Source: Acidobacteriota bacterium
GTDB taxonomy: Bacteria > Acidobacteriota > Blastocatellia > Pyrinomonadales > Pyrinomonadaceae
Length of the DNA: 24,000 nt
Direction: 5' to 3'
NCBI GenBank assembly: GCA_032162705.1
Contig: JAVRON010000099.1
Coordinates: forward strand, 57,788-81,787
Made by a program: the position numbers and the translations under genes
The notes under the pieces: model-generated
Databases searched by the model: none
The model's input: the letters and a program-made list of their open reading frames with translations, nothing else
Told to the model about the DNA's origin: nothing
Part shown: one piece after another, positions 22,798 through 24,000 of the stretch
Position numbering within the stretch: position 1 is the first letter of the stretch
Layout of the letters: the number at the start of each line of letters is the position of its first letter

Positions 22798-22878
22798 CCT
22801 CGGAAAGATTTCGATAATCTCTGAGAGAGATGATAAAGGACTTCAACTAACCGAAGAGAGATGACAAAAGACTTCACG
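22754..22878 (+). repeat. Degenerate direct repeats spanning the allantoinase tail, the spacer and the allantoicase start
   Basis: There are three GAAA(A/G)(C/A)TT(C/T)GA-type units (22754-22824). Two 25-nt units follow, GAGAGAGATGATAAAGGACTTCAAC (22823-22847) and AAGAGAGATGACAAAAGACTTCACG (22854-22878), identical at 20 of 25 positions and 31 bp apart. Confidence 0.6.
22830..22850 (+). promoter_or_regulatory. Six-codon mini-ORF (MIKDFN*) that is a duplicate of the allantoicase start (MTKDFTN...)
   Basis: ATG ATA AAG GAC TTC AAC TAA has the same GAGAGAG SD-like sequence as the real start 31 nt downstream. Confidence 0.3.
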
Positions 22879-23898
22879 AATCTCGTAGACCTCGCCGCGG
22901 AACGTCTGGGCGGCGCGGTGCTCTTTGCCAATGACGACTTCTTCGCGCCGAAGGAGAATCTGCTCAAGGCAAGCGTGCCCGTCTTCTTAGAGGGCGAGTA
23001 CACGGAGCGCGGCAAGTGGATGGATGGCTGGGAGTCGCGTCGTCGTCGCACGCCCGGCTTCGACTGGTGCCTGATACGCCTCGGGCTTGCGGGGCGCATC
23101 CGCGGAGTCGTCGTGGATACGAGCTTCTTCCGCGGCAACTTCCCCGAAAGCTGTTCGCTCGAAGCCTGCTCCGCCGCAAGCAACGCCGACGCCGTGCAGT
23201 TGATGGATGAAGCGACGGAGTGGGTCGAGATTCTGCGTCTCTCGCGTCTTGAAGGCGACTCGCAGAATCCGTTCACCGTCGAGTCGGACGAGAGATTCAC
23301 GCACCTGCGTTTCAAGATTTACCCCGACGGCGGAGTCGCACGCCTGCGCGTCTACGGCGAGGTCTTGCCCGGTTGGGAGAGCATCAGGCGCGCGGGCGGG
23401 CTGGTCGATCTAGCAGCAGTCGAGCAGGGCGGTCTCGTCGTCGCGACGAGCGACGAGTTCTTCGGCCATCGACACAATCTCATCATGCCGGGCCGCGCCC
23501 TCGATATGAGCGACGGCTGGGAGACAAAGCGTCGGCGGGGCCCCGGACACGATTGGTGCATCATCAAGCTCGGGGCGACCGGCAGCGTCCGCCGTGTCGA
23601 GGTGGACACCGCGCACTTCAAAGGCAACTTCCCCGAAAGCTGTTCGTTAGAGACGGCCCTCGCGCCCGATACCGAAACGACCGTGCCCGAGGCGGCGGCG
23701 GACGTTGAGACGACCGCGCTCGACCGGCTTGCATGGCGCGAGCTTCTGCCGCGCACGCTCTTGCAGGCACACACGCGACACTTCTACGAGGACGAGTTGA
23801 AGGACACAGGCCCGGCGACGCACGTGCGCTTCCGAATCTTCCCCGACGGCGGCATCAGTCGCCTGCGGCTCTACGGCAGTCTCGCAAACGATGTCTGA
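22861..23898 (+). CDS. alc: Allantoicase
   Basis: 345 aa with two internal allantoicase repeats. Repeat 1 is DDFFAPKENLL...WMDGWESRRRR.PGFDWCLIRLG...GVVVDTSFFRGNFPESCSLEA. Repeat 2 is DEFFG...GWETKRRRGPGHDWCIIKLG...VEVDTAHFKGNFPESCSLE. Confidence 0.9.
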   Translation: MTKDFTNLVDLAAERLGGAVLFANDDFFAPKENLLKASVPVFLEGEYTERGKWMDGWESRRRRTPGFDWCLIRLGLAGRIRGVVVDTSFFRGNFPESCSLEACSAASNADAVQLMDEATEWVEILRLSRLEGDSQNPFTVESDERFTHLRFKIYPDGGVARLRVYGEVLPGWESIRRAGGLVDLAAVEQGGLVVATSDEFFGHRHNLIMPGRALDMSDGWETKRRRGPGHDWCIIKLGATGSVRRVEVDTAHFKGNFPESCSLETALAPDTETTVPEAAADVETTALDRLAWRELLPRTLLQAHTRHFYEDELKDTGPATHVRFRIFPDGGISRLRLYGSLANDV

Positions 23899-24000
23899 CT
23901 TCAAAGGCGATGCCTGACTGCGAAGACGATGCCTGACTGCGAAGACGATGCCCGACTTCGATGACGACGCCTGACTTCAAGGACGATGCCCGACTTCAAA
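23890..24000. repeat. Tandem 19-bp repeat array (at least 5.8 units, truncated by the window edge)
   Basis: GATGYCTGACTKCRAAGRC-type units start at 23890, 23909, 23928, 23947, 23966 and 23985. Units 2 and 3 are identical. The first unit overlaps the allantoicase stop (23896-23898). Confidence 0.9.

Overview
GC-rich bacterial chromosomal window. Gene content suggests Acidobacteriota, tentatively: a giant CarboxypepD_reg/TonB-type outer-membrane protein, Gly-rich secreted proteins and a Tes-like radical SAM enzyme. The left third is a conserved translation block: rplM-rpsI, then rpsB-tsf-pyrH-frr. Next come three minus-strand envelope genes: a SurA-N x2/DsbA fusion, a secreted beta-repeat protein and a 1054-aa TonB-type OMP. 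These are followed by lipid A genes in a rearranged layout (lpxB +, lpxD -, lpxA -). Divergent from lpxA is a 657-aa radical SAM protein whose architecture matches archaeal tetraether lipid synthase (Tes/GDGT-MAS). The right part holds a stand-alone HisKA-domain protein, tRNA-Gln(CUG), a small secreted protein and an allantoin cluster (allantoinase, allantoicase) divergent from an uncharacterised CitE/malate-synthase-like gene. No transposases, CRISPR arrays or defence genes were recognised. The most unusual sequence-level signal is in the spacers. Nearly every intergenic region carries its own AT-richer repeat. These are either long palindromes whose arms are tandem 7-8 nt units, or phase-locked 19-23 bp tandem arrays. 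One 21-bp repeat sits in frame inside lpxD. All family assignments come from reading the translations; no database search was run.
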